Shown here: positions 18,048-27,470 of the stretch, in pieces
Numbering within the stretch: position 1 is the first letter of the stretch
How the letters are laid out: the number at the start of each line of letters is the position of its first letter
Assembly (NCBI GenBank): GCA_012744295.1
Contig: JAAYIB010000021.1
Location: 1-38,259, forward strand
DNA: 38,259 bases
From: Acholeplasmataceae bacterium
Lineage (GTDB): Bacteria > Bacillota > Negativicutes > Acidaminococcales > Acidaminococcaceae
Direction of reading: 5' to 3'
Notes under the pieces: model-generated
The model's input: the letters and a program-made list of their open reading frames with translations, nothing else
What the model was told of the DNA's origin: nothing
Database searches by the model: none
Program-made: the position numbers and the translations under genes

Positions 18048-18758
18048 ATGAAAATATTAATTATGGCAGTATTGCTGCTGGCGTTCTTCTGTCAGCAGGC
18101 GCTGGCCCTGCAGAAAGTCAGCGACCAAATGATCGGCGCGGCGCAGGAATACGGACGCACCCGGGCGGAGCTGGCGGCCGGCGAGCTGCAAAAACCCTGG
18201 ACTGTGCCCGAACAGCTTAACGAGAACGTATATGCCGACGCAGAACGGATAATAGTTTTCACGCCTTACTTGATCGTCGCGATGGATGCGCAGAACAAGA
18301 CCAGGGCGTACGAGGAAATCAAGCTGAAAGAGAGCAGTGACCTTGCCTCGGCGTATGAGCAGGTTTTTATTGTCGGTGCGATTATCGACGCTCCGGAAAA
18401 ACTTGCGCCTGATAAGCTTATGACGAAAATCCTGCAGGACGGGAAAAGCCTTTTGCCTTACCACGCCGAGCTTGTTGCCGCCGCGATGACGGAGAAGGTT
18501 ATTGAAAAACCCGTGAACATTAAGGACGCGGCTGACTCCAAGTTGCTTAAGCCCGTGACGCCTAAACAAAAACAGCCGTCAGAAAAGGAGCCTCCGCTTC
18601 CGGATACTATCAAAATCAAGTCGCCTGTCTGGAATCTTCAGTACTATTTTTATTTTGAACCGGCAAAGCTAAACCCTTTGCTGCCCCTGATCCTTAAAAT
18701 TGATGACGGGCTTGCGGGAGAACGCGAATTTCGCTTTCATCTGGCAAACATGAACTAA
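18048..18758 (+). CDS. Secreted hypothetical protein (signal peptide, Pro/Lys-rich linker)
   Basis: The N-terminus MKILIMAVLLLAFFCQQALA|LQ looks like a Sec signal. I recognise no family. The gene lies 35 nt upstream of yicC. Confidence 0.65.
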   Translation: MKILIMAVLLLAFFCQQALALQKVSDQMIGAAQEYGRTRAELAAGELQKPWTVPEQLNENVYADAERIIVFTPYLIVAMDAQNKTRAYEEIKLKESSDLASAYEQVFIVGAIIDAPEKLAPDKLMTKILQDGKSLLPYHAELVAAAMTEKVIEKPVNIKDAADSKLLKPVTPKQKQPSEKEPPLPDTIKIKSPVWNLQYYFYFEPAKLNPLLPLILKIDDGLAGEREFRFHLANMN

Positions 18759-18793
18759 AGCTGTGACAAAAAAGACTGATGGGAGGCTATAAC

Positions 18794-19693
18794 TTGTTAA
18801 AGAGCATGACCGGTTTTGGCCGTGGCGAATATAACGACGATAATTTCAACTTCGTGATAGAAATGAAGACTGTCAACCATCGCTATAACGAGGTTGCAGT
18901 CAGGATGCCCAGATTCTTAAACGCGCTTGAGGACAAGATCAGGAAGGAAATCCTGGCAACTGTGAGTCGCGGCAGGGTGGACGTCTTCATTTCCGCCGAC
19001 TATTCCAACCCGGAAGGCTGCAAGGTTAAGGTAGACAAGGCACTGGCGCTTGCCTATCATAACGCATTGAGGGAGGTCTCCGAAGCCGTTGGCTGCGGGG
19101 ACGCCAAGCTGCAGGAACAGGCCGAGGTCATGTATATCGCCCGTTGTCCGGATGTTATTTCGGCCAAAGAAGGTTATTTTGACGTGGAGCTCCTTTGGCC
19201 AGCGGTGCTTGCTGCGATTGAAGAGGCATTGCGAAATCTTGTAGCGATGCGCGTTGCGGAAGGCGCCAACATCGGCAGGGATCTGGAACAAAGAGCGTCA
19301 TTAATCGAGGAGAAGCTGAGAACTGTTGAGGAAAGGGCGCCCGAAGTCGTACAAGAGTATGACAGGAGGCTCGGGGAAAGAATTAACGAATTGTTGAAGA
19401 ATTATGATCAAGCAGCCGAGCCTGAAAGATTGATACAGGAGGTAGCGATCTTTGCCGACAGGGTTAACATTACCGAAGAAATAGTGCGCCTCAAAAGCCA
19501 TCTGAAACAGTTCGCCCTCATGCTGCAGAGCAAGCAGCCGGTTGGCAGAAAAATGGATTTCCTGATACAGGAGTTTAACAGGGAAGCGAACACCATAGCT
19601 TCAAAGGCCAATGACTTCACCATAACGCAGGTCATGGTGGAAATTAAGGGCGAGATCGAGAAAATCAGGGAGCAGGTTCAGAACATAGAATGA
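18794..19693 (+). CDS. yicC: YicC/YloC family stress-induced protein (endoribonuclease family)
   Basis: The canonical N-terminus (L)LKSMTGFGRG is present. GGGAGG lies 7 nt before TTG 18794, and ATG 18779 is an alternative start. The C-terminal motif is DFLIQEFNREANTIASKA. Confidence 0.85.
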   Translation: MLKSMTGFGRGEYNDDNFNFVIEMKTVNHRYNEVAVRMPRFLNALEDKIRKEILATVSRGRVDVFISADYSNPEGCKVKVDKALALAYHNALREVSEAVGCGDAKLQEQAEVMYIARCPDVISAKEGYFDVELLWPAVLAAIEEALRNLVAMRVAEGANIGRDLEQRASLIEEKLRTVEERAPEVVQEYDRRLGERINELLKNYDQAAEPERLIQEVAIFADRVNITEEIVRLKSHLKQFALMLQSKQPVGRKMDFLIQEFNREANTIASKANDFTITQVMVEIKGEIEKIREQVQNIE

Positions 19694-19711
19694 TGCGGAA
19701 GAGGTGAGCTT

Positions 19712-19999
19712 ATGGAAATGAGATTGATAAATATCGGTTTTGGAAACATAGTAGCCGCGCACCGAATCATTGCCATCATCGGGCCGGAATCAGCGCCTAT
19801 CAAAAGAATTATTCAGGAGGGCAAGGAGCGTGGCGTCGTCATCGACGCCACGTACGGCAGAAGAACAAGAGCGGTCTTGATTGTGGACAGCAACCACATC
19901 ATTCTTTCCGCCATACAGCCCGAAACTATTGCCAACAGACTTTATCAGGCCGGAGTGGAAGAACAGGAAGAACAAGCGCAAGGGGAGGACGAGGAATGA
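19712..19999 (+). CDS. remA: RemA/YlzA (DUF370) family regulator
   Basis: [10 protein letters not shown]...[16 protein letters not shown]...[13 protein letters not shown] is the RemA signature. Confidence 0.9.
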   Translation: MEMRLINIGFGNIVAAHRIIAIIGPESAPIKRIIQEGKERGVVIDATYGRRTRAVLIVDSNHIILSAIQPETIANRLYQAGVEEQEEQAQGEDEE

Positions 20000-20622
20000 A
20001 ACCACAGGGAGTCCTTTTGGTTTTATCCGGCCCGTCGGGAGCAGGCAAGGGCACAATTTGCCACAGGCTTTGCGAAATGCGTCCGGAAATGGCTTACTCG
20101 GTTTCAGCGACTACACGCGCGCCGCGCAAGGGAGAAACAGACGGAGTAAATTATTTTTTTGTTTCACGGCAAAAATTTCAGGAGATGATAACCGGCAACG
20201 ACTTGCTTGAGTATGCTGAAATTTACGGAAACTGCTACGGAACTCCCCGTTCGTATGTCATGGACATATTGAATCAGGGCAGGGACGTGGTTTTGGAGAT
20301 AGACCCGCAGGGCGCCCTGCAGGTTAAGAAAACCTTTCCCGATGCAGTCTTTGTTTTCATCGTGCCGCCCTCGCTAGATGAATTAAGCAAACGTATTTAT
20401 AAGAGAGGCACCGCTACGGAGGAGGTTATCAAGCGCAGATTAAGTGCCGCTACCTCCGAACTGGCTTATGCCTCGAAGTATGATTACATAATAGTCAACG
20501 ACGAGGTGGAAAAAGCCGCGAACAAAGTCGGCAACATTATTGATGCTGAGCGCAACCGTGCGGTTAGAACGTTTTTTATTGTAGATGAGATTTGCCAGAA
20601 CGGCATATGTGAGGAGCGGTGA
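19996..20622 (+). CDS. gmk: Guanylate kinase
   Basis: P-loop [15 protein letters not shown] start/stop overlap with remA. Confidence 0.95.
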   Translation: MKPQGVLLVLSGPSGAGKGTICHRLCEMRPEMAYSVSATTRAPRKGETDGVNYFFVSRQKFQEMITGNDLLEYAEIYGNCYGTPRSYVMDILNQGRDVVLEIDPQGALQVKKTFPDAVFVFIVPPSLDELSKRIYKRGTATEEVIKRRLSAATSELAYASKYDYIIVNDEVEKAANKVGNIIDAERNRAVRTFFIVDEICQNGICEER

Positions 20623-20627
20623 AAATA

Positions 20628-20840
20628 ATGTCAATGGTTAAACCTTCGATAGATTATCTGGCTGAAAAAGTAGACAGCAAGTACACGCTGGTGATTTTAA
20701 GCGCCAAACGCGCAAGGGAGCTTCTGGCCGGAGCGCAAAGCCTCGTTGAATCAAAGTCAAACAAGGCCGTTACTGTTGCTCTTGAAGAAATCGGCAGCGA
20801 CAAAATAACGTATGAGCGCACAAAAACAGGCATTAAGTAG
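20628..20840 (+). CDS. rpoZ: DNA-directed RNA polymerase subunit omega
   Basis: [16 protein letters not shown] is the omega signature. The start is ATG 20628 or 20634 (the ORF track opens at GTG 20619). Confidence 0.9.
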   Translation: MSMVKPSIDYLAEKVDSKYTLVILSAKRARELLAGAQSLVESKSNKAVTVALEEIGSDKITYERTKTGIK

Positions 20841-20852
20841 GGGGAACCGACA

Positions 20853-22055
20853 GTGCTTAAGGGTAAGAAGATAGTTTTGGGCGTTACCGGCGGAATTGCC
20901 GTTTATAAGGCGGCAGACCTTGTCAGCAAGCTGCGCAAGGAAGGCGCCCAGGTTCGGGTTGTAATGACGGAGGCGGCAGCTGAATTTGTCACGCCGCTGA
21001 CTTTTAAGGAAATCAGCGGTAATGCCGTTGCCGTAAATATGTGGGAGAAACACCGGGAGTTCAATGTTGAACACATTTCCCTGGCTGAGTGGGCAGACTA
21101 TCTTGTCATAGCCCCGGCCACCGCCAATATTCTGGCAAAGGCGGCCGCGGGAATAGCCGATGACCTTTTATCAACTGTCATACTGGCGGCCAGGTCCCCG
21201 ATAGTCTTTTGCCCTGCCATGAACAGCCAGATGTATGTCAATCCGGCGACACAGAGCAATTTAAAGAAACTGCAGGAATATGGCTGCGTAATCATGCCGC
21301 CGGCCAGCGGTTTTTTGGCGTGCGGCACTACGGGCGTAGGGCGTTTGCCGGAGCCTGCGGAAATAATTTCCTTCCTCAGGCGCCATATAGCCCTAAAGAC
21401 AGGTGACCTGACAGGCCTGAAGATCCTGATTACGGCGGCCGGTACCCGCGAACCTCTCGACCCCGTCCGCTTTGTCGGCAACAGGTCAAGCGGGAAAATG
21501 GGTTATGCCGTCGCACAGGCAGCCGCTGAACGCGGTGCGGAAGTTGTTTTGGTAAGCGGGCCTTCCGCATTGCAGCCGCCGCCTTACGTCAAGGTTGTGA
21601 ACGTGGAGACAACGCGTGAAATGATGGAAGCCGTTCTGACTGAATACGCCGCCGCTGACGTGGTTGTCAAAGCAGCCGCCGTTGCCGACTACTGCCCGCG
21701 GGAAGTTGCGGACCAAAAAATCAAGAAATCGACGGACGAGCCGTTGACGGTAGTTCTTGAAAAAAATCCCGACATTCTTAAAAGGCTCGGAGAATTGAAA
21801 AAGCATCAGTTCCTGGTCGGTTTTGCGGCGGAAACACAAAATTTGCTCGCAAATGCTGCTGAAAAGATCCAAAAGAAAAATCTTGATATGATTGTGGCTA
21901 ATGACGTCACGCTCGCCGGAGCAGGTTTTAACTGTGATACCAACGTAGTCAGGTTTCTTTTCCCCGACGGGACGGCAAGGAGTCTCGAAAAAATGACGAA
22001 GTTCGAGGTTGCCAACAGGCTGCTGGATGAAGTGAAGGCGGCAATAAATAAATAG
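20853..22055 (+). CDS. coaBC: Bifunctional phosphopantothenoylcysteine decarboxylase / phosphopantothenate-cysteine ligase
   Basis: The N-terminal flavoprotein motif is KKIVLGVTGGIAVYKA. The C-terminal CoaB region contains ITAGGTREPLDPVRFVGNRSSGKMG. Confidence 0.95.
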   Translation: MLKGKKIVLGVTGGIAVYKAADLVSKLRKEGAQVRVVMTEAAAEFVTPLTFKEISGNAVAVNMWEKHREFNVEHISLAEWADYLVIAPATANILAKAAAGIADDLLSTVILAARSPIVFCPAMNSQMYVNPATQSNLKKLQEYGCVIMPPASGFLACGTTGVGRLPEPAEIISFLRRHIALKTGDLTGLKILITAAGTREPLDPVRFVGNRSSGKMGYAVAQAAAERGAEVVLVSGPSALQPPPYVKVVNVETTREMMEAVLTEYAAADVVVKAAAVADYCPREVADQKIKKSTDEPLTVVLEKNPDILKRLGELKKHQFLVGFAAETQNLLANAAEKIQKKNLDMIVANDVTLAGAGFNCDTNVVRFLFPDGTARSLEKMTKFEVANRLLDEVKAAINK

Positions 22056-22057
22056 CT

Positions 22058-22085
22058 TGTTATTTACTGCCGGATAGTTTATAAT
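22058..22085 (+). promoter_or_regulatory. Putative sigma-A promoter of the S-box metK unit
   Basis: TTGTTA, 16-nt spacer, TATAAT, starting 3 nt after the coaBC stop. Confidence 0.5.
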
Positions 22086-22109
22086 ACACCTTGTAAATTT
22101 AATATTAAC

Positions 22110-22211
22110 TCATCAAGAGTTGGCGGAGGGAATGGCCCGATGAAGCTGCAGCAACCATTTGGTCCGAGACCGAAACGGTGCTAAGTCCTACAATGAAAAT
22201 TGTGAGATGGG
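22110..22211 (+). promoter_or_regulatory. SAM-I (S-box) riboswitch aptamer
   Basis: CTCATCAAGAGTTGGCGGAGGGAATGGCCCGATGAAGC...GGTGCTAAGTCCTACAA matches the S-box core. P1 pairs CTCATC (22110-22115) with GATGGG (22206-22211). Confidence 0.9.
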
Positions 22212-22232
22212 CAAGATTTGCAGACAAACTTG

Positions 22233-22258
22233 ACGCTCTCATTCTGAGAGCGTTTTTA
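22233..22258 (+). terminator. Riboswitch expression-platform terminator
   Basis: ACGCTCTCA-ttc-TGAGAGCGT followed by TTTTT, immediately upstream of the metK ribosome-binding site. Confidence 0.8.
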
Positions 22259-22291
22259 ATTGCAGCTTATAGCAGGGAGGGAGAATTTGAC

Positions 22292-23473
22292 TTGAAAAAA
22301 CTATTTACTTCAGAATCAGTTACAGAAGGACATCCCGATAAAATAGCGGACCAGATCTCCGACGCGATTTTGGATGCCGTCCTTGCCGCGGACCCCATGG
22401 CCAGAGTTGCCTGCGAGACGCTTGTGGCTACGGGACAGGTGCACATAGTCGGAGAAATAACGACGGAATGCTACGTTGACATACCGAAAATCGCAAGGGA
22501 AACAATCGTATCTATAGGCTATGACCGGGCTAAATACGGTTTTGACGGCCATACCTGCGGCATTCTGACCTCGATTGACGAACAGTCGCCGGATATTGCC
22601 CTCGGCGTCAATAACGCCCTCGAAGCAAGAAGCGGTGAAACAGAAGAGGAAAGCTCAGTCGGCGCAGGCGACCAGGGTATGATGTTCGGCTTTGCGACCA
22701 ACGAGACCGACGAATACATGCCGCTGCCGATTTCTCTGGCGCACAAGCTTGCCCGCAGGTTGTCCGAAGTGCGCAAGAACAAAACGCTGAACTATCTCAG
22801 ACCGGACGGCAAGACCCAGGTCACTGTGGAATACGATGACGACAGGCCGGTAAGAGTCGACACAATCGTGATTTCGACTCAGCACAGCCCCGAGGCTGCC
22901 AACGCGCAAATTGAAAGAGACATCAGGGAATTCGTGATTGAGCCGGTTGTTCCGGCAGCTTTGCTTGATTCCGCCACAAAATATTACATAAATCCTACGG
23001 GCCGTTTCGTTATAGGCGGACCTCAGGGCGACGCGGGACTGACCGGACGCAAGATTATAGTCGATACTTACGGAGGTATGGCCCGACATGGCGGCGGAGC
23101 CTTTTCCGGTAAGGATCCGACCAAGGTTGACCGAAGCGCAGCCTACGCGGCACGCTACGTTGCAAAGAACCTTGTGGCGGCAGGCATTGCCGACAAATGT
23201 GAAATTCAGCTTGCTTACGCGATTGGGGTTGCCAAACCCGTTTCAATCTCAATCGAGACCTTTGGCACGGGCAAACTGAGCGAGGAAGCCATCATTGCCC
23301 TCGTAAAGAAGAATTTCACCTTAAGCCCGGCGGGCATTATCAAGACTCTTGACCTTCGCCGGCCGATTTACCGGCAGACGGCTGCCTATGGTCACATGGG
23401 CCGCAATGACCTTGATCTTCCTTGGGAGCGTCTTGACAAGGTGGAAACTCTGCGCAGCCAGGCAGGACTTTGA
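22292..23473 (+). CDS. metK: S-adenosylmethionine synthetase
   Basis: TTG start 22292, 9 nt after AGGGAGGGA. (M)[27 protein letters not shown] is the canonical MetK N-terminus. [10 protein letters not shown] is present. The track ORF from 22178 would run through the riboswitch and is rejected. Confidence 0.95.
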   Translation: MKKLFTSESVTEGHPDKIADQISDAILDAVLAADPMARVACETLVATGQVHIVGEITTECYVDIPKIARETIVSIGYDRAKYGFDGHTCGILTSIDEQSPDIALGVNNALEARSGETEEESSVGAGDQGMMFGFATNETDEYMPLPISLAHKLARRLSEVRKNKTLNYLRPDGKTQVTVEYDDDRPVRVDTIVISTQHSPEAANAQIERDIREFVIEPVVPAALLDSATKYYINPTGRFVIGGPQGDAGLTGRKIIVDTYGGMARHGGGAFSGKDPTKVDRSAAYAARYVAKNLVAAGIADKCEIQLAYAIGVAKPVSISIETFGTGKLSEEAIIALVKKNFTLSPAGIIKTLDLRRPIYRQTAAYGHMGRNDLDLPWERLDKVETLRSQAGL

Positions 23474-23516
23474 GAAGGATTTTCCCGATGTATCAAGAAT
23501 TTACTAAGCAAGGCTA

Positions 23517-23551
23517 AGAGCAGGGACTTTTTAGTCCTTGCTCTCTTTTTT
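23517..23551 (+). terminator. Rho-independent terminator after metK
   Basis: AGAGCAGGGACT-tttt-AGTCCTTGCTCT (one G-U pair), then C and T6. Confidence 0.7.
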
Positions 23552-23567
23552 AGATGCGAGGTGTAAA

Positions 23568-25964
23568 ATGAAGTTTGCCAATATAGCAATTAACCTGCCG
23601 GTAAAAAGTCTGTTCAAGCAATTTACATACAGGCTGGGCGATGAATTTGACTTCGTGGATAAAGGCTGGCGCGTAATCGTGCCTTTCGGTCACCAAATGG
23701 TCGAAGGTTTCGTTGTAAGTACGAGCGAAGCAGAATCGGGCGGGGAAGAGCTGAAAGACGTCATTGATACGCTTGGACTGGAGCCATGGTTTGATAATCA
23801 GATGCTGGAAACGGCAAAGTGGATTTCTAAATACTATCTTTGCTCCCTTGCTGAAGCGATGAGGCTGTTCGTACCTGGAGGCGGCAGCATCAAAAGCACG
23901 CCTAAATACCAGGCTGTTGCCGGTGCCCTGGCGGAGGACGCCTCTCCCGCGGAAAAGCTGTTGTACGTTTACTTGCAGAAAAACGGTGCCGCCTCACGCA
24001 AAGAAATTGCAAAGGAGTTCGGAGGCATTTCAGTCTTGAGAGCATTGACAGCCAAAAAGACAGTCATAGCTGAATTCGAGATAGGCAGAAAGTTCAAGGA
24101 AAAACTATGCAGCTTTTATCTCTTGACAGAAGCGGGCAAAGCCGCCCTTGCCGGACTGGGCAAAGCCCCCGCGCAAAAAAAGGCCCTGGAGGCATTGGCG
24201 CAAAGCGGAGAAATACCGGCCGATAAGCTTGAACTGCATGGAATTACACCCTTGACAGCAAGAACCTTGTGCCGGAAAGGGTTTGCACAAAAAATTCAAA
24301 AAAGAGTTCTGCGTGACAGTTACTCCGGGCATTTCCGCAAGAAAGAAGATCTTACGCTGACACAAGAACAAGAGTCTTCCCTAAAAGAAATCAGCCTTGC
24401 CCTTAACGAGGCTGAATACAGTGCCTTCCTTCTGCAGGGAGTAACGGGCAGCGGAAAGACGGAAATATATCTGAGAGCCTCTGACGAGGCTGTCAGGAAA
24501 GGACTGCAGGTCATGGTTCTCGTTCCCGAAATCGCGCTGACGGGACAAATCGTCGAGCGTTTCAAGGCGTGGTTCGGTGAAGGGGTTGTCGTGGCTCATA
24601 GCAAGCTTTCGCAAAGCGAGAGAGCCGACGTCTGGCACAAAACAAGACGAGGCATGGCTGACATTTTAATCGGGGTACGCTCTGCGGTCTTCGCACCCTT
24701 TGCGCGGCTTGGACTTATTATAATTGACGAAGAACAGGAATACAGCTACAAGCAGGAAGAACGGCCCTGCTACCACGCACGCACGGTAGCTCTGAAGCGG
24801 GCTAGACTGGCATCCGTCCCTGTTGTGCTTGGCAGTGCGCCGCCGGACGTGTGCACGTATCATTTTGCGCAAAAAAAGATATATCGGCATTTGCGGCTGA
24901 CCACGAGACCGAATGACGGAGATTTGGCCGAAGTTAAAATCGTAGACATGCGACGTGAGCTGCAAGGAGGAAACCGGTCGGTGCTTTCCGAATGCCTGAA
25001 GCAGGAACTCCTCGCCGTTGCCGAATGCGGTGAACAGGCGATAGTGCTCCTGAACCGCCGCGGTTTTTCTACCTTCGTCATGTGCAGGGACTGCGGGGAA
25101 GCCGTCACATGCCCCCATTGTGCTGTCTCGCTCGTCTACCATGACGCCGGCAAAGCCTTGCGCTGCCATTATTGCGGGTACGGCAGCAAGGTGCCAGACG
25201 AGTGTCCGAAATGCCACAGCAGAAAAATAAAATATTTCGGAACCGGCACACAAAAAGCCGAGGCTGCAATAACGGAGCTTGGGCAGGGTTTGAAAGTGCT
25301 AAGAATGGATCAGGACTCAACGTCGCGGAAGTTTGGACATGAAGATATATTGCGGCAATTTGTCTCGGGCAGCCACAACGTGCTTCTCGGCACACAGATG
25401 GTGGCCAAGGGGCATGATATCAACAATGTTACGCTTGTCGGCATTCTTGCGGCCGATTCACAGCTGAACCTGCCGGATTTCAGGGCAGGTGAACGCACCT
25501 TCAATCTATTGACGCAGGCTGCCGGCAGGGCCGGACGCGGGAGCAAGAGAGGACGCGTAATCCTCCAGGCTTATGACGCTGACAATGATATCATCAAGCT
25601 GGCGGCTGCACAGGATTACGATTCCTTTGCGGCAGCCGAACTGTCTTTCCGCAAGGAACTCGAATACCCGCCGTTTATGCGACTCTTAAAAATTACCGTC
25701 AGCGAGCGCGAATTTGACAAGGCTAACAGGTTGGCAATCGCGATTGCCACACAGCTGCATCACTTGAGCGCATCTCGGCAGGATGCTGAAATCCGGGTGC
25801 ACGGTCCGTTTCCGGCAATAATTGAAAAAGTCAGGGATTTTTACAGAATAAACATCCTTGTGAAAAGCAATAGGATGGAAGTAGTAAAAAGCTTCCTGAC
25901 TGCTTCGGAGTTTATGGAAATGAAAAACGTTTATTTTGATATCGACCCTGTCAGCGTAGTATAA
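23568..25964 (+). CDS. priA: Primosomal protein N' (replication restart helicase PriA)
   Basis: Walker A GVTGSGKTE, DEEQE box, and the Cys-rich zinc region CRDCGEAVTCPHC...CHYCG...CPKC. The start is ATG 23568 after GAGGTG. Confidence 0.95.
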   Translation: MKFANIAINLPVKSLFKQFTYRLGDEFDFVDKGWRVIVPFGHQMVEGFVVSTSEAESGGEELKDVIDTLGLEPWFDNQMLETAKWISKYYLCSLAEAMRLFVPGGGSIKSTPKYQAVAGALAEDASPAEKLLYVYLQKNGAASRKEIAKEFGGISVLRALTAKKTVIAEFEIGRKFKEKLCSFYLLTEAGKAALAGLGKAPAQKKALEALAQSGEIPADKLELHGITPLTARTLCRKGFAQKIQKRVLRDSYSGHFRKKEDLTLTQEQESSLKEISLALNEAEYSAFLLQGVTGSGKTEIYLRASDEAVRKGLQVMVLVPEIALTGQIVERFKAWFGEGVVVAHSKLSQSERADVWHKTRRGMADILIGVRSAVFAPFARLGLIIIDEEQEYSYKQEERPCYHARTVALKRARLASVPVVLGSAPPDVCTYHFAQKKIYRHLRLTTRPNDGDLAEVKIVDMRRELQGGNRSVLSECLKQELLAVAECGEQAIVLLNRRGFSTFVMCRDCGEAVTCPHCAVSLVYHDAGKALRCHYCGYGSKVPDECPKCHSRKIKYFGTGTQKAEAAITELGQGLKVLRMDQDSTSRKFGHEDILRQFVSGSHNVLLGTQMVAKGHDINNVTLVGILAADSQLNLPDFRAGERTFNLLTQAAGRAGRGSKRGRVILQAYDADNDIIKLAAAQDYDSFAAAELSFRKELEYPPFMRLLKITVSEREFDKANRLAIAIATQLHHLSASRQDAEIRVHGPFPAIIEKVRDFYRINILVKSNRMEVVKSFLTASEFMEMKNVYFDIDPVSVV

Positions 25965-25997
25965 AGGAAAGCCTTTTCCTGTTTTCCTGTAACATTA

Positions 25998-26016
25998 CTT
26001 ATGATATAATCATAAG
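25998..26016. repeat. Inverted repeat CTTATGAT-ata-ATCATAAG overlapping a TGaTATAAT -10 box upstream of def
   Basis: Read directly from the sequence. The arms are 8 bp and centred on the putative extended -10 element (26003-26008). Confidence 0.5.
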
Positions 26017-26041
26017 AATAAGACAATTTCTGGAGGAAAAC

Positions 26042-26497
26042 ATGGCAAACATGGAAATTAAGACGGCCGGTAATCCTGTGCTCAGGCAGGTTGCGGCCAA
26101 GGTGGGAAAAATAGATAAGAAAATCAAGAAGCTGCTCGGCGACATGGCCGACACGATGTACGCCGCAGACGGAGTGGGACTTGCCGCGCCTCAGATAGGC
26201 GTTTCGCTGCGCGTAGTGGTCATTGACGTCGGAGAAGGGCTGCTGGAACTGATTAATCCTGAAATCCTAAGCATGGAAGGCTCCTGCCTGAATGTGGAAG
26301 GGTGCCTCAGCGTGCCTAATTTTGACGGCGAGGTGGAAAGGGCGGAAAACGTAAAACTCAGATACCGGGATAGAAACGGAAAGCCTTTCGTGATAGAGGC
26401 AAAGGGACTTCTTGCAATAGCGATTCAGCACGAACTTGATCATTTGGACGGGGTTTTGTTCATCGACAAGGCCAGTACTCTGTTGCCGAAATCGTGA
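26042..26497 (+). CDS. def: Peptide deformylase
   Basis: The motifs GVGLAAPQIG, EGCLSVP and HELDHLDG are present. Confidence 0.95.
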   Translation: MANMEIKTAGNPVLRQVAAKVGKIDKKIKKLLGDMADTMYAADGVGLAAPQIGVSLRVVVIDVGEGLLELINPEILSMEGSCLNVEGCLSVPNFDGEVERAENVKLRYRDRNGKPFVIEAKGLLAIAIQHELDHLDGVLFIDKASTLLPKS

Positions 26498-26516
26498 AAA
26501 GGGAGGAGCAACGCCA

Positions 26517-27464
26517 ATGAAAATAGTTTTTATGGGTTCTCCCGAATTTGCGGTCGATACGCTTGCTGCCTTGCACAAGGAAGGCAAGCACGAGCTTTTG
26601 GCCGTCGTGACGCAGCCTGACAGACCTAAGGGCAGGGGCAGGAAGATTTTGACCACTGCGGTCAAGGACTACTCCCTGCAGGCCGCGCTTCCGGTCTTGC
26701 AGCCGGAAAAAGTCCGCAGCCCGGAGTTCATTGCACAATTGAAAGCATTGCGGCCGGACTTAATCGTCGTGGTTGCCTTCGGACAGCTTCTGCCGCGGGA
26801 AATACTTGACCTGCCACGGCTTGGCTGCCTTAACGTTCACGCCTCTCTGCTCCCCAAATATCGTGGAGCGGCGCCGATACACTACGCCATACTGCGGGGG
26901 GAAGCCGAATCGGGCGTAACCGTGATGCAGATGGACGAAGGCATGGACACGGGCGCTATGCTGGCAAAATACACGGTATCAATTACACAGGATATGACCA
27001 TGGGCGACCTGCACGATATTTTGAAGGCGAAGGGTGCAGAACTTCTGCTTAAGGTGCTGAGCGAAATAGAAAAAAGTATTGCCGCAGCTGTCGCTCAAAA
27101 TAACAGCGAGGCAACCTATGCCGCCCTGCTTACGAAGGAAATCGAAAGAATTAACTGGAACTTGCCGGCCGGTGAAGTACATAATAAGGTCAGGGGCCTG
27201 AATCCCTGGCCGGGTGCCTATACCCTGCTTCCAAACGGCAGAAAGCTCAAGCTTTGGCGCACGCGTGTCATAGAAAGCCTTCATGATGGCTGCAAGCCGG
27301 GCGAAGTTGCCGAGCTTACGGATACGGGCTTTGTCGTTGCCTGCGGAGAGGGTTTTATTGAAGTGCTGGAGGTTCAGCCGGAATCCGGAAAGAAAATGCC
27401 GGCGGCAACCTATTGCAACGGTCACAAGCTTAACAAGGGCATAAAATTCATAATCGAAGGATAG
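26517..27464 (+). CDS. fmt: Methionyl-tRNA formyltransferase
   Basis: MKIVFMGSPEFAV..., HASLLPKYRGAAPI. The start is ATG 26517 after GGGAGGAG. Confidence 0.95.
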   Translation: MKIVFMGSPEFAVDTLAALHKEGKHELLAVVTQPDRPKGRGRKILTTAVKDYSLQAALPVLQPEKVRSPEFIAQLKALRPDLIVVVAFGQLLPREILDLPRLGCLNVHASLLPKYRGAAPIHYAILRGEAESGVTVMQMDEGMDTGAMLAKYTVSITQDMTMGDLHDILKAKGAELLLKVLSEIEKSIAAAVAQNNSEATYAALLTKEIERINWNLPAGEVHNKVRGLNPWPGAYTLLPNGRKLKLWRTRVIESLHDGCKPGEVAELTDTGFVVACGEGFIEVLEVQPESGKKMPAATYCNGHKLNKGIKFIIEG

Positions 27465-27470
27465 ATAAAA

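Noticed and set aside
22178-22291. An N-terminal extension of the metK ORF (the track start is at 22178).
   Set aside because: The extension would be translated through the S-box aptamer and its terminator. The canonical MetK N-terminus begins at TTG 22292 with a good ribosome-binding site.
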